Below are positions 12,650 to 25,343 of a stretch of 64,000 nucleotides of DNA, piece by piece. The notes beneath the pieces were generated by a model. The model was not told the origin of the DNA. It was given only the letters and a program-made list of their open reading frames with translations, and did no database searches. Position 1 is the stretch's first letter. Every line of letters starts with the position of its first letter. The DNA is from the human T2T-CHM13v2.0 reference genome, Homo sapiens: assembly GCF_009914755.1 (NCBI RefSeq), contig NC_060947.1, one strand, 5' to 3'. A program made the translations under genes and the position numbers.

Positions 12650-15440
12650 TTATATCAGTCAGTTTTTAGTTGCAAGCAACCAATATCATGACAAGTTGAA
12701 GCAGAAAACAAATCTGTTAAGTAATATTAGGTAGTTCATAGAATTATTAAAAGTTGATATGGTTTGGCTGTGTCCTCACCCAAATCTCATCTTGAATGTT
12801 AGCTCCCATAATTCCCATGTGTCGTGGGAGGGATCCAGTGGGAGGTAATTGAGTCATGGGGATGGGTCTTTCCCATGCTGTTCTCGTGTTAGTGAATAAG
12901 TCTCATGAGATCTGGCAGTTTCATAAAGAGGAGTTCCCCTGGACACACTATCTTGCCTGCCACCATGTAAGACATCACTTTGCTTCTCATTTCCCTTCCA
13001 CCATGATTATGAGGCCTCCCTAGCCATATGAAACTGTGAGTCAATCAAAGCTCTTTCCTTTATAAATTACCCAGTCTCAGGTATGTCTTTATTAGCAGTG
13101 TGAGAACACGCTAATAGAGTAAGTTGGTACCAAGAAGTGGAGTGCTGCAGTAAAGATACTGGAAAATGTGGAAGCGACTTTGGAACTGAGTAACAGGCAG
13201 AGGTTGGAACAGTTTGGAGGGCTCAGAAAAGGACAGGAAGAGGTGGGAAAGTTTGGAACTTCCAAGAGACCTGTTGAATGACTTTGACCAAATGCTACTC
13301 ATCTCAGATGGAGATGAGAAACTTGTTGGGAACTGGAATAATGGTGACTCTTGCTATGTTTTAGGAAAGAGACTGGTGGCATTTTGCCCCTGCCCTAGAG
13401 ATTTGTGAAACTTTGAACTTGAGAGAGATGATTTAGGGCATCTGGTAGAAGAAATTTCTAAGCAGCAAAGCATTCAAGAGGTTACTTGAGTGCTGTTAAA
13501 AGCATTTAGTTTTATGTATTCACAAAGATATGGTTTGGAATTGGAACATATGTTTAAAAGGGAAGCAGAGCATAAAAGTTCAGATAATTTTCAGTCTGAC
13601 AAGGCAATAGAAAAGTAAAACACATTTTCTGAGAGGAAATTCAAGCTGGCTGCAGAAATTGCATAAGTAACAAGGAGCCAAATGTTAATTGCCAAGACAA
13701 TAAGGAAAATGTCTCCAGGGCATGTCAGAGACCTACCCAGCAGCCCCTCTCATCACAGGACTGGAAGCCTAGGAGGAAAGAATGGTTTCATGGGCCAGGC
13801 CCAGGGCCTTCCTGCTGTGTGTAGCTTAGGGACTTGGTGCCCTGCATTCTAGACATTCCAGCTGTGGCTAAAAAGGGCTAAGGTACAGCTCAGGCTGTGG
13901 CTTCAGAGGGTGCAAACTCCAAGCATTGGCAGCTTCCATGTGGTGCTGAGCCTGTAGGTGCACAGAAGTGAATAACTGAAGTTTGGGAAATTCCGCCTAG
14001 ATTTCAGAGGATGTATGGAAACAACTGGCTGCCCAGGCAGAATTTTGCTGCAGGTGTGGGGCCCTCATGGAGAACCTCTGCTAGGGCAGTGCAAAAGGAA
14101 AATATGGGGTTTGAGCCCCCACACAGACTCTCCACTGGGCCAGTGCCTAGTGGAGCTGTGAGAATTGGGCCACCATCCTCCAGACCTCAGAATGATAGAT
14201 CCACCAACAGCTTGCACCATGTACCTGGAAAAGCCACAGATATTCAATGCCAGCCCATGAAAGCAGCCAGTAGTGGTGGCTGGACCCTGCAAAACCACAG
14301 GGGCAGAGATGCCCAATACCATGGGAAACCACCTCTTGCATCAGCGTGACCTGGATGAGAGCCATGGAGTCAAAGGAGATCATTTTGGAGCTTTAAGATT
14401 TGGCTGCCCTGCTGGATTTCAGACTTGCATGGAGCCTATAGCTCCTTTAATTTGGCCAATTTCTCCCATTTGGAATGGGTGCATTTACCCAATGCCTGTA
14501 CCAACATGTATCTAGGAAGTAACTAACTTGCTTTTGATTTTACAAGATCATATGCGGAAGAGACTTGCTCTGTCTCACATGAGACATTGGACTGTGGACT
14601 TTTGAGTTAATGCTGAAATGAGTTAAGATTTTGGGGGACTGTTGGGACAGCATGATTGGTTTTGAAATTGGAGGATATGAGATTTGGGAGGGGCCGGGGG
14701 CAGAATGATGTGGTTTGTCTGTGTCCTCATCCAAACCTCATCTTAAATTGTAGCTCCCATAATTCCCATGTTCTGCGGGAGAGACCTGGTGGGAGGTAAT
14801 TGAATCATGGGGGCAGGTCTTTCCTATGCTGTTCTCATGATAGTGAATAAGTCTCACTAGAGCTGATGCTGTCATAAATGGTACTTCATCTGCACACACT
14901 CTCTTGCTTCCCACCATGTGAGATGTCACTTTGCTTCTCATTCACCTCTGCCATGATTGTGCAGACTCCCCAGCCATGTGAAACTGTGAGCCCATTAAAC
15001 CTCTTTCCTTTATAAATTACCCAGTCTTGGATATATCATTATTAGCAGTATGAGAACAGACTTATGCAGAAGTGCAAGATAAATAGACTTGAAGATAAGC
15101 TTCCACTAACGATACTGAGACACACATCATAGAATTGAACTGATAAGGAGGCTGTTGCCAAGACTGCCATTGTTCAGCCCATATACAAGTTGCCAAGAAC
15201 TCAAATCTATTGTAGCTGTTAGAGTTGACTTTCAAACCTGGATGCCTGTGTCATGACTTAGGCCAGAACAATGCATGACCCACTCAGAGCCTGATTCCTT
15301 ATGCTACTGAGTTCTGAATTGAAGTCTCAGATTGATGTATCTACAAAATCACTTATCTTCAGCCTAGCTAAAAGGGAGAGCAGCAAAATAAGTTTTCTGG
15401 ATTTGACTCTGGCAAGGTGGGAACCAATAAGTGTAACACT
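12650..15440 (-). mobile_element. Old MLT1-type LTR split by the THE1 insertion
   Basis: ttagttgcaagcaac...gcagaaaa to the left of THE1 and cctagctaaaagggagag...ttttctgga to the right. Confidence 0.4.
12755..15068 (+). mobile_element. Full-length THE1B-like MaLR (LTR 12755-13118, internal, LTR 14706-15068)
   Basis: Two direct LTRs of about 360 bp (tgatatggtttgg...ctaataga), internal region of about 1.6 kb, 5-bp TSD aaagt/gaagt. Confidence 0.95.
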
Positions 15441-15594
15441 ATCAATATGTAAAGAAGATATTCAGAAGATGTTGGGCAGCCACAAATGACAGTTGACAGT
15501 TATATGTAATATTATAAAGAACACACATACTTCCACACATACACTTACATACATGTGTGCATACACATACAAAATCAACACAGGACAAAACGTT

Positions 15595-15790
15595 ATCACA
15601 AGGTTTGAGTTATTCTGTTTGGTGGCTGGGTGGCTTTTGGTAAGATATTTAACCTCTCTAAGCCCTAGTTTTCTCTTTTAGAGGGGATTAGCAATAGCAT
15701 CTATTTCACAGGGATTTTGTTAGGATTAAATGAGATAATTCACATAAAGCTCTTAGCACTCTACCTTACACATAGCAATAGCTACGCTAT
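15595..15790 (+). mobile_element. MIR
   Basis: tttaacctctctaagccctagtttt...aggattaaatgagataat. Confidence 0.75.
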
Positions 15791-16009
15791 TTTATGTAAT
15801 TATTAATTCTCATTTCAGTCCCTTCTCTCTGCCTTTGAATTGTATCTTTTTTCTTTCATTACTATGTATAAAATTAACTTACAAGTTTAGATCATGAAGG
15901 GTTAGAAAAATGTTTTTAAACCTTAAAACCAACAGGAACAAAAGATGGTTAAATCAGCAATATAGGAATGAATCATTCCAATTTCTGATTAATAGTAAAT
16001 GTAACTTAT

Positions 16010-16227
16010 AGAGTTCTCTTGCATTGTGTTCCAAAGAATATGACTTTTTTCTTTATTCTTTGTAGTTAGTTCAATCTTACAATTATACATGGTAAAACTT
16101 GTTCTCTGTGATTACAGCCTAGTCCATGCACTAACAATAATTCAAAACTTTTCATTCATATGTGTTCTCTGTAATAGTTTAATCCCACATTAAAATAGTC
16201 ATACAAAATACTTTTGTCAATCTTCAT
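16010..16227 (-). pseudogene. Pseudo-exon (module 4 esterase block I)
   Basis: Strong acceptor ctctctcttttgttctttcttcggactgcctag|, decayed donor |ataagt. Reads AWTRL*SQRTSFTMYNCKIELTTKNKEKVIFFG, then (frameshift) NAREL. Confidence 0.55.
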
Positions 16228-16370
16228 CTAGGCAGTCCGAAGAAAGAACAAAAGAGAGAGTAACATATATAAATATGTTAATTCTAAACCTTTTAAATCA
16301 GTTCTCCAATAAAAAAAGATTGTAAGGAACATAAAGTTTTTGTAATTTGATAAGAAGCAAAAGAGCCTAC

Positions 16371-16427
16371 CTGCTGCATTCTCTTTCCTGAGATCGACTT
16401 TATAATTTCTTATCAATTACCACTGTG
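16371..16427 (-). pseudogene. Pseudo-exon, 57 bp
   Basis: Acceptor gctattgatag|, donor cag|gtaggc. Confidence 0.4.
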
Positions 16428-16489
16428 CTATCAATAGCAATCAACAGTATAAGAAATAGGGACACATTTTATGATTATAATAATTATAA

Positions 16490-16857
<368 letters not shown>

Positions 16858-16981
16858 CTATACGATAAAAATACGTCAGATTTGAACCATCCTAAGTAAC
16901 TGGAAAAGTGAATATTTTCTTCCAGAGACTGAAGACCAAATCTTTACAATAATAATTGGGTGCTAAAATCAGGCATTTATT

Positions 16982-16983
<2 letters not shown>

Positions 16984-17024
<41 letters not shown>
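16984..17024 (+). repeat. (TG)n microsatellite
   Basis: About 20 perfect TG units. Confidence 0.97.
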
Positions 17025-17028
<4 letters not shown>

Positions 17029-17062
17029 GGTTCTGTTTCTCTGGAAAACCCTGACTAGTATA
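17025..17062 (+). mobile_element. MLT2 LTR 3' terminus
   Basis: tattggttctgtttctctggaaaaccctgactagtata. Confidence 0.75.
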
Positions 17063-17325
17063 GATGGCAATTCTCCTCAAATTGATCTACAGATTTAATG
17101 TAATCATTATCAAAATTATAGAAATTGACAAGTTGATTTTAAAATGTATATGAAAATGCACAGGTCCAAAAGTAGCCTAAATAATCTCAAAAAAGAAGAT
17201 CACAATGAAAGAGCTCGCACTTGCCAATTTTAAAGCCTATTAAAAAACTGCAACAGTCAAGATAGCATAATAATGAATAAAGGTAGTCGTTTAGATTGAT
17301 AGAATAGAATATCAATCCAGATATT
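17063..17325 (+). mobile_element. L1M ORF2 fragment
   Basis: caaattgatctacagatttaatg...agaaattgacaagttgattttaaaatg. Confidence 0.75.
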
Positions 17326-17327
17326 TG

Positions 17328-17990
17328 ACTTATTGTGAAGAATTGGCTCGTGTGATTATGGAGGCTGAGAAGTCCCATGATCAGTTATCTACAAACTGGA
17401 GAATCAGGAAAGTCAGTGCTGCAATTCAATCTGAGCCAAAGCACCTGAGAAAACAAGAGGAGCCAAATGTGTAAATTTCAGTTCAAGGGCAAGAGAAGAC
17501 GAGTTGCGCTATCTCAACTCATGCAATCAGGCAGGGAAAAAACGATTGAATTTCTCCTTCCTCTAACTTTTGTTCTATTCAAGACCTCAGTAGGCTGGAT
17601 GATGTTCACTCACATTGGGGAAGGCAATCTGCTATACTGAGTCCATCAATGCAAATGCTATCTCATCCAGAAATACCTTCACAGACATACACAGAAATAA
17701 CTTTTTATCTGAGCGCACTGTGGCCCAGTCAAGTTTACATAAAATTAACTATCATAAATCCACCCCTTGTCCACTTGGCACCCACATACATCCTTAAGCC
17801 ATATTTAATCTTCAGATAAAGATAATAACAAGGTCATAATTTCCCTAACGTGATACAATTATCTTGCATACAACCAAAAATGCACTAACCCCTTTTTAAA
17901 ACTTAAATACTGTGATATAAAATTAATAATACTTAAGTACTATCATAAAAAACCAATACATTTTATATCACATGAAAAGAGAGGAAAGAA
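17328..17990 (-). mobile_element. MLT2 LTR body plus adjacent ERVL internal remnant
   Basis: gaattggctcgtgtgattatggaggctgagaagtccc...aaaattaactatca, then ccaccccttgtccacttggcac. Confidence 0.8.
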
Positions 17991-18002
17991 AAGAAAAATA
18001 TA

Positions 18003-18317
18003 CAGTTGTCCCTTAGATACCTTGAGAAATTCATTCCGGGACAGCTCATGAACACAAAATTCTGTAGATGATCAAGTTCCTTATATAAAATTGTATAGTA
18101 TTTGCATATAACCTACACACATTTTCCCCTATGCATTAATTAATCTCCAGATTACTTAAAAAAGTTAATACAATGTAAATGCTACGTCAATAGCTGTTAT
18201 GCTATATATTAAAATTTGTATTATTTTATTGTTTCACTGTTAATTTTTTCCAATATTTTCTATCTGCAGTTGACTGAATCTGAGGATGCTGAACCTGTGT
18301 ATATGGAGGGCCTACTA
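18003..18317. mobile_element. MER2 (Tigger MITE)
   Basis: cagttgtccct...gtatttgcatataacctacac...atatggagggcc with TA flanks. Confidence 0.8.
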
Positions 18318-18334
18318 TATATATAATGTCCTAC

Positions 18335-18560
18335 TTGTATTTTTGTAGATATCATCAGATTTTCTACATAGATGATAATGTTATCTGCAAATGAAGACAG
18401 TTTTTAATTTCTCATCTTCAGTCCGGATGCCTTTTATTTATTTTTCTTACCCAATTGCACTTGGCTATATCTTTCAGTGCAATGTTGAATAGAGTTGTTG
18501 AGAGCAAATATCCTTGTCTGGTTACTGACCTTAGGAGGAAAGCATTAAGTCCCAAATAAA
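18335..18560 (-). mobile_element. L1M ORF2 fragment
   Basis: gttatctgcaaatgaagacag...caatgttgaatagag. Confidence 0.7.
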
Positions 18561-18599
18561 TATAGGTCATGCTCTGACACATGTGTGTTATATCTAAAT

Positions 18600-18780
18600 C
18601 ACTGGCTGTCAAACTCAGGGGATTTCTTTCCCCCTCCTGAGGGATATTTGGCAATATCTGGGACAGTGCTGGTTGGTAAAACTCAGGGAGAACTACTGGC
18701 ATCAAGTGAGTCAGGGCCAGGGACACTGAAACATAATTATCTGGCCCAAATTGTCAACAGTGCCTAAATGGAGAAACCTG
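18600..18780. mobile_element. MER20 (hAT-Charlie)
   Basis: gggatatttggcaatatctgg...ctactggcatc...ggcccaaattgtcaacagtgcc...gagaaacctg. Confidence 0.8.
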
Positions 18781-19209
18781 ATATAATTTATGCCCTTTAT
18801 GTTGATATAAGTAAGTCATTACTTGTAATTATAGTGTGGCCATGAATGTTTAAAATAGCCTGTGTTTGCAGTTATAATTTACAGTTTCTATCTCTGTTTC
18901 AAACATTGATTCTTGATTTGTATCAGTGTACATACTCATATTCAAAACTAACAAAGTTTTAGTTCAATTTCTTTCCCTTAATTCTTACAGCTCAGCTGCT
19001 TACCCTCAGCTTCCTTTTTTTTAATAAGGAATGGAGGAGAGAAACATGATTCAAATGAATTAGGGATACTTTTTTACAAAGTAGTTTGCATAATTTAAGT
19101 ACAAACTTCCAGAAAAAGTAATAGAAATAAATATAGTTTTATTTTATACAGGATATATTTGTAGTACATTTTTATTTATAAGTAATTCAATGACATGAAT
19201 GTTCTCTAC

Positions 19210-19320
19210 CTGTTGCCACAGTTTCTAAGTAGCTAGCCATTGTTTATATCCCATTAGCAGAGCAGTTGGTAATAAATCCCTCTACCAGTCTTCCATCTCC
19301 AAGCTCAAAGTGACCATCAG
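19210..19320 (-). pseudogene. Pseudo-exon, 111 bp, phase 1-1
   Basis: ctctag| ... cag|gtagag. Reads DGHFELGDGRLVEGFITNCSANGI*TMASYLETVAT. Confidence 0.45.
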
Positions 19321-19344
19321 CTAGAGCTAGTGGTGCAAGATGTA

Positions 19345-19475
19345 AGATTCTCTTTCACCCAGCAGACTGTGATTTCCTTAAGGGAAATATACCATTTTGT
19401 TCACCATTGTATAACCAGTACCTGGAAAAATGCCTGATGCATAACAGTTGCACAATAAATATTTGTAAATTGGAT
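19345..19475 (+). mobile_element. L2 3' end
   Basis: ttgttcaccattgtataaccagtacctgg...caataaatatttg. Confidence 0.65.
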
Positions 19476-19724
19476 TTAACCTATCAGTAAACTACTGACT
19501 TTCAATTTTTGTTATAAGGACTTCTAAATGTTCAAAGCTAGGGCTTCAGTGGCTTTTGCTTTTAAACATATTGGATTGGTTGATGGTCAAGTGATAGGCT
19601 TGATAGTCACTTTACATTGGGATCATTTGATTTTTTCTTAAGATCCTCGTTATAATACATCAAAAAATTATTAAGATTTTGGTAATTAACAAAGATAAAC
19701 TAATATACAACAGAAAAAATTCAC

Positions 19725-19947
19725 TGCAAGCACAACATATTTAACAGTGTTGCCCAATTTTCAGCCTAATAATTGTTCTTCTGACACTATAGGGTGTATC
19801 TATATTTCATCACAAATCATAAATTGATTAAAATTCACCAAAGGCAACATATTTTTTATGGCTATATCAATCATTGAAGGGATTTATAAATAACTTCCAA
19901 AATCTTACAGACAACTTATCCTCTAGTTTGCTAATCGAATAACCAAT
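19725..19947 (-). pseudogene. Pseudo-exon (module 3 C-terminus, catalytic His region)
   Basis: Acceptor tgtatttttattag|. Reads MIDIAIKNMLPLVNFNQFMICDEI*IHP, then (frameshift) ENWATLLNMLCL, like the HP...LN.IC end of PC-esterase domains. Confidence 0.55.
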
Positions 19948-20022
19948 CTAATAAAAATACAACATAGAATACATGTAGATATATAAATACATTACTAGAT
20001 TAGTGATGATCTGTCTCTGAGA

Positions 20023-20349
20023 TGTCTTAGTCCATTTGTGCTGCTATTACAGAGTATCACAGACTGGGTACTTTATGGCAAACAGAAATTTATTGGCTAA
20101 CAGTTCCGGAGACTGGGAAGTCCAATATCAAGGTACTAGAATCTCGAGAGAGCCTTCTTGCTGTGTCATTACACAGTGTAAGGCAGAAGGGCTAAGAAAG
20201 AGAGCAAAAGGCCAAATTGCCCTCTTATGGTAGCATTAATCTTACACATGAGAGTAGGGCCCTCATGGCCTAATCACCTTTTAAAACTGTTTCAATGGCA
20301 ATCAAATTTTAACATAAGTTTGGAGGGGGCAGATGTTCAAACTATAGCA
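20023..20349 (-). mobile_element. MST-family (MSTC/D-like) solo LTR
   Basis: tgtcttagtccatttgtgctgct...ttcaaactatagca. Confidence 0.85.
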
Positions 20350-20584
20350 GAAAGTAAACTTTTAAATGAGAGATTTTACTTATTTTACTAATTTTTCCCA
20401 GCTATATGGCACTTACTTATATTTGACATTAGCTAATTCATTTTATAGTTAAAAGGCCTATCAGTACATGATATTTAACTTGTTTACAAAACTATAGACA
20501 TATAGATATGAGTTTCAAAAACTGAAGTCTATGATTCTTATATTCTGTATTCTATATTTATAAAATTCTGCACAAAACAGTTAC

Positions 20585-20770
20585 ATTTTCACAGTGATTT
20601 AGTCAATGCTAGTGACAGCTGACCCATACTCATCATTAGTGTAGTGGAAACCAAGCAGAATATAATGTTTTATCAGACCATAACTAATATGAAATGTGTA
20701 TCTCCTTTCTTTTCACATCATATCTGTCATATTTTGAACAGGGGCATAATGCTCTCAAAAACCATTTTAA
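20585..20770 (-). pseudogene. Candidate pseudo-exon (module 3 block III)
   Basis: Frame LIKHYILLGFHYTNDEYGSAVTSID resembles the NXPE ...GxHF... segment. Splice sites not resolved. Confidence 0.33.
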
Positions 20771-21090
20771 ATAGGCCAAACAAAAATGTTTAATCAAACA
20801 TAGGATACAATCAACGTTATTTTATCTAAGGAATCTTTATTTTGGTCAACAAATATATTTTAGGTCAGGATGAATAAGTTATGTCTCTGTAGAACAACTA
20901 ATAGCATTTTCATTTGTTTTTAAAAGTCACAAAACAAATCATTCTAGTTACTATGTTACAGTTCTATTTGAAATTCATTGGAAACCTCTAAAGGCTATCA
21001 TTTAGATTTGATAGCAATCAGTGTTTGCATTCTTCTTTACTGAGGTTAGAGTTATGACTGGGCTGTAACTTTTCTGATTGCTTTTTTCAC

Positions 21091-21309
21091 CGTTGTCTTA
21101 AATCAGCTTCCTTTGCTTTTGTCACTTAAATTTATGTTTAGAAATAGTTGGTGATTAAACTATAGGACACCTATATGAAAAGGATGTCTTTCTTATTAAA
21201 TAGCACACAATTTAAAATTTCTCTATTTCTTTCTGTCTAGAGAATGTTTGGTTCTGTGTTTGGTAACTTCACCAAGCATGGGGTCTCATCCATCATGTGT
21301 GGGTTTTAC
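21091..21309 (-). pseudogene. Pseudo-exon (module 3 esterase block I)
   Basis: Acceptor cttgattcctacttag|. Reads KTHT*WMRPHAW*SYQTQNQTF...IEKF, then (frameshift) LFNKKDILFI*VS. Confidence 0.5.
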
Positions 21310-21378
21310 CTAAGTAGGAATCAAGACATTATAAACGTTTTATATTTTGTTGTAATTTCGTGAAATTCACAGTCACGT

Positions 21379-22078
21379 TGTTACTGGGAAGTGTGGGGGT
21401 CCTTAGGGCTTTGTTTTCTTGGAAGAAATAATTTGGACAACAGACTAATTAGTACAGTAACCAAAAATTATATTAAGGAAATAAAAGAACATTCCAAGAG
21501 TGGTCTGATACATCTGGAAGCAGCCCTTAGCGTGCTGCATTGCAGTTTTTATTATGTTGGACATTTTCTTTAAGTTCCAGCCTCTGTCCTAAGTCTCTGT
21601 CATTGTCTAGTTTCCAGCTTCTGTCTTAAGTCTACGCCTTGTCCCTGCCTAGTTCCTGCCCGTATTTACGAGATGCTCTCTTACTGTCAGTTGATGCACA
21701 TGAGCAGAGCCCAGTGACCAATAGGAATCCCACCTAACAGCAGAGTTGCTCGTTACCGCCACCCCAGGAAGGTCGTAGAGCGATTAAATCTGTACTTTTT
21801 GTGCCTCCGTATCTCTTAGAAATTTCCTTTTTGTCCTTTTCCCCTTCTTATCAGCATGTGGCTAGCTACATCCTGACAGGTTAACCGCAGAATGAGCCAT
21901 TACTGGGTGCCTTAAGGGGCATTTCTGAGTGCTCTTTGCTGCCTAGGTATTTCCTCTCCTCTCTGCTCATGTTTAGCATGCCTGTTTCGGGTGGTCTCTG
22001 GGCAGTGAGATTCTCCAGAGCTTTCTCTCCTAGAGTCTCCCTTTCCTGCTCATGCCTAACTATCTGGCTACACTAACA
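21379..22078 (-). mobile_element. ERV1 (MER4-group, LTR39/MER50-like) solo LTR
   Basis: TGTTA...TAACA termini, about 700 bp. Minus strand begins tgttagtgtagccagatagttaggcatgagc. Confidence 0.7.
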
Positions 22079-22119
22079 GCATGATAAATGAGATTATAAA
22101 ATAATATTCAAATACATAC

Positions 22120-22212
22120 AGTGTTAAGCAATGCATCCTGTTAATTTTATGTATCTGTTTAGTAGCTTCACAAGGATCTTTTATTACGCATATCAAAGCA
22201 GATTGGTCACTG
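22120..22212 (-). pseudogene. Pseudo-exon, 93 bp, phase 2-2
   Basis: Acceptor ttttcttcacatgttttag|, donor ct|gtatgt. SDQSALICVIKDPCEATKQIHKINRMHCLT has no stop. Confidence 0.45.
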
Positions 22213-22747
22213 CTAAAACATGTGAAGAAAATAAATAAGAATAAGGAATTTAACAGCATACAGACTAACTTTTAAAAAATGAAGTCGTTTTCAGAGGAAT
22301 ATAGTAGATTGTATAGTTAAAGCATTAATATTAGAATTAAGATAAACTAAAATGATAAACTCTAAGGTTAAAACTAAAGAAAGTAGTGCTGAATCAATTA
22401 AGTGATTGATGATGTGGTCATTTTTACATCTATTTGCACTGAGTAGCATAAAATGTGTAACTAAGGAAAAGAGTAGAAAATTCTATTTTAGCATATGGAA
22501 CAGAAAATAAAATGAGGAAAAATTCTATCTGAAGATTATTTGTATTCCCTAACAGAACCTTTCTTAAGGTTTTAGATGTCCATTCCTTTAAACGAACCGT
22601 TTTCCATACCTGAAATTCTATTTCTCTGTCCAAACTCAGTTTTCTCTGCTTGGTAAATTACCCATTTTTCAAAACCCAGCTCAAATATCACCTCTTCTTG
22701 GAAGCTTCACTGATTTCCCTTGCTCCTGCCCACTTAGCAGTTGAATA

Positions 22748-23185
22748 TTTTATTCATTCCTTCATTTAGCAAACAGTTTTTGAATGCTTACTAAATGTCA
22801 GGTCCTGAAGTAGGAGCTGGGGATAAACTAATGGACAAGACAAACAAGGACCATGATATTATAGAACTTACATTTTAGCTGGGCGGATGTAAAATAAACA
22901 CATAAGTCAATAAACAGATGGATAAGATAATTTCAGAGTAATAATTTATGTAAAGATAATACAATTAGATGATGTGACAGAGTAGAGGGGGATAGAGGAT
23001 GATTTTAGGTAGGGTGATCAGGAGAAATCTTTAAGGAGGTGAAATATGAATAGAGTCCTGTGTGAAACAAGTGAGATAGCCCTTGGAAGATCAAGCAAAA
23101 GAGCCTTTCAGGCAGAGAAAACAAAGATCAAGGGCTGGAGGATCTTCGAGTTTTTGAGAAATGGAAAGAAATCCAGTGTGCATTC
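22748..23185 (-). mobile_element. L2a fragment
   Basis: ttcattccttcatttagcaaacag...gaatgcttactaaatgtcagg. Confidence 0.75.
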
Positions 23186-23342
23186 TCACAATGTATTTTA
23201 ATTTTTTGTTTCCATTTTCTTTGCCATACTAGTTAGTAACGATTTATGTCTTCCCATGTTTAAATTTTTTTAAGCCTGGTACTATATTTGATTATATAAC
23301 AGGATCTCATAAAGTGTTTGCTGAATTAGTTTGTGGGGCAGG

Positions 23343-23615
23343 TAACTAACATTTATTGGACACCCATTTTGTGTCGCAGGCATTGTGCTGAGTGTTTAAG
23401 AAGGATTGTCTCAGTTAATATATCCAATTATCACAATACGAACCCAATAACTATGTATTTTTAAACATTGTGTATTCTACTTAGGTGTTAAAATATCTAT
23501 TTCATGATAAATATTTAGATTATAAAAGCCAAGTAACTTACCTGGGTTTATGTAGCTACAAAGAGGCATGGTTAACTGTTGATACCTAGCCATCCTGACT
23601 CCAAAGTCTCCGTTC
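23343..23615 (-). mobile_element. MIR (diverged)
   Basis: ctaacatttattg...ggcattgtgct...aagtaacttacc...ctgactccaaagtc. Confidence 0.6.
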
Positions 23616-23776
23616 TTTCTTTTACCTCTAGTACCCTCCCTTATGATGTATTTAAATGAGGCCTCTTTCACTGTGTATTGATGACCTCATCTGTGCCTAG
23701 TGATCAGGTCATTGAAAAAGAGATTTATAGTTAGCATTATGCTATGTCGTGAAAAATATAAATTCTTTGTACATAC

Positions 23777-23951
23777 TTGAAAAAAACTTCCACACCTAGG
23801 TTTCTATATTTTATACCGAGGTACCCTTGACTATGATAATTTCCTTCTACAAATAGAACAATATTTAGTTAACTGAAAATTGAAAGTGATATCTCTGAAA
23901 ACTGCCAGGTACCAAATTGGAAATCCATGACTTCGTAAAATTGCTTTCATC
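23777..23951 (-). pseudogene. Candidate pseudo-exon
   Basis: Acceptor ttattgctctatag|, donor caa|gtatgt. Reads DESNFTKSWISNLVPGSFQRYHFQFSVN*. Confidence 0.35.
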
Positions 23952-24014
23952 CTATAGAGCAATAACTCACTTTTAAATTCACCAAAACAATGGTGGAGAG
24001 AGAGAGAGAGTGAT

Positions 24015-24374
24015 AGATATGGTTTGGCTCTGTGTCCCCACCCAAATCTCAACTTGAATTTTAATAATCCCCACATGTCATGGGAGAGATGCAGTGGGAG
24101 GTAAATGAATCATGGGGGTGGACTTTTCCCATGCTGTTCTCGTGATAGTAAATAAGTCTCATGAGATATGATGGTTTTATAAAGGGGAGTTCCCCTGCAC
24201 ATGCCCTTTTGCCTTCTGCCATGTTAGATGTGCCTTTGCTTCTCCTTTGCCTTCCACCATAATTTTGAGGCCTCCCCAGCCATGTGGAACTGTGAGTCCA
24301 TTAAACTTCTTTCCTTTATAAATTACCCAGTCTCAGGTATGTCTTTATTAGCACTGTGAGAACAGACTAATACA
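24015..24374 (+). mobile_element. THE1C-like solo LTR within a (GA)n tract
   Basis: gatatggtttggctctgtg...gactaataca, with GA repeats on both sides. Confidence 0.9.
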
Positions 24375-25343
24375 GAGAAAGAGAGAGAGAGAGAGAGAAC
24401 AAAAGTGGGAGAGAATATCAAGTTTTGTTATCTATACAGGTATTAGAAAAATAGGATAAGCCTATCATGAAATATTCAGCTATATATTTTTATACTTGTT
24501 TTGAAACTTATTTATTTACCTTTTTTCTGATTATATATGTTCATTACAGACCAGTTTGAAACTATGGACAATGAATTTGTAAATTGCATCACAGAGAAAT
24601 ATTATTAATATATATGTGTTCTTTTCCCATTATTTTTCTATGTGCTTCTGTGTAGAATATATATATATGTATATATACTTGTATTTTGTTCATATCTTTT
24701 AACATCATACCATTAGCACCTGCTTACATCAAACTATTTACAAACATTTTTAATGGGTGCATAGCACTTCACAGTAAGGATCCACCACGATGTACTTAAC
24801 CAATCTTCTGTTTCAGGACATCATTTCTAATGTTTAGTTTTTCTATGATCACTAGTGTGTATAAGTCATGTATATAAAACTGCATACCATAAAGGTTATA
24901 TTTTCTTATGTCCCTTTTATTTTGAATGCCAATGTTTTTATAAATAATTCTGAGTGCAATTATTTCAAAGTCTGAGTTAACATCATGTTTTCAACAAACT
25001 AGAATTTTTAAAATGCCATAGTATGCTTTCTCAGTTTTAAAACCTAACCTAAAACCCTATCCTGTGATTGACAAGACAATATAATGTCTTAAAGCTCATG
25101 TATGAGATCTTAAAGCTTGTGCACTCAATCTATGTGAACAGCCAATCTGTTTCAGTCTTTCATATGGTATGATCTGTTATATTCCTAGATAAATAAACAC
25201 TGAGAGAATTCATTGTTAAGAAACTTGCCCTATAAGATAGACTAAAGGGAGTTATCCAGGCAGAAGGACTGGCAGAATAGAGTTTTATTTTTTTTTATTT
25301 TTTTGTATTTTTTATTACTACAATGGTCTGACTATATACTATT

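Noticed and set aside
13214-14515. THE1-internal ORFs recurring at 62.5-63.8 kb as a duplicated gene
   Set aside because: Shared MaLR internal sequence from two independent insertions.
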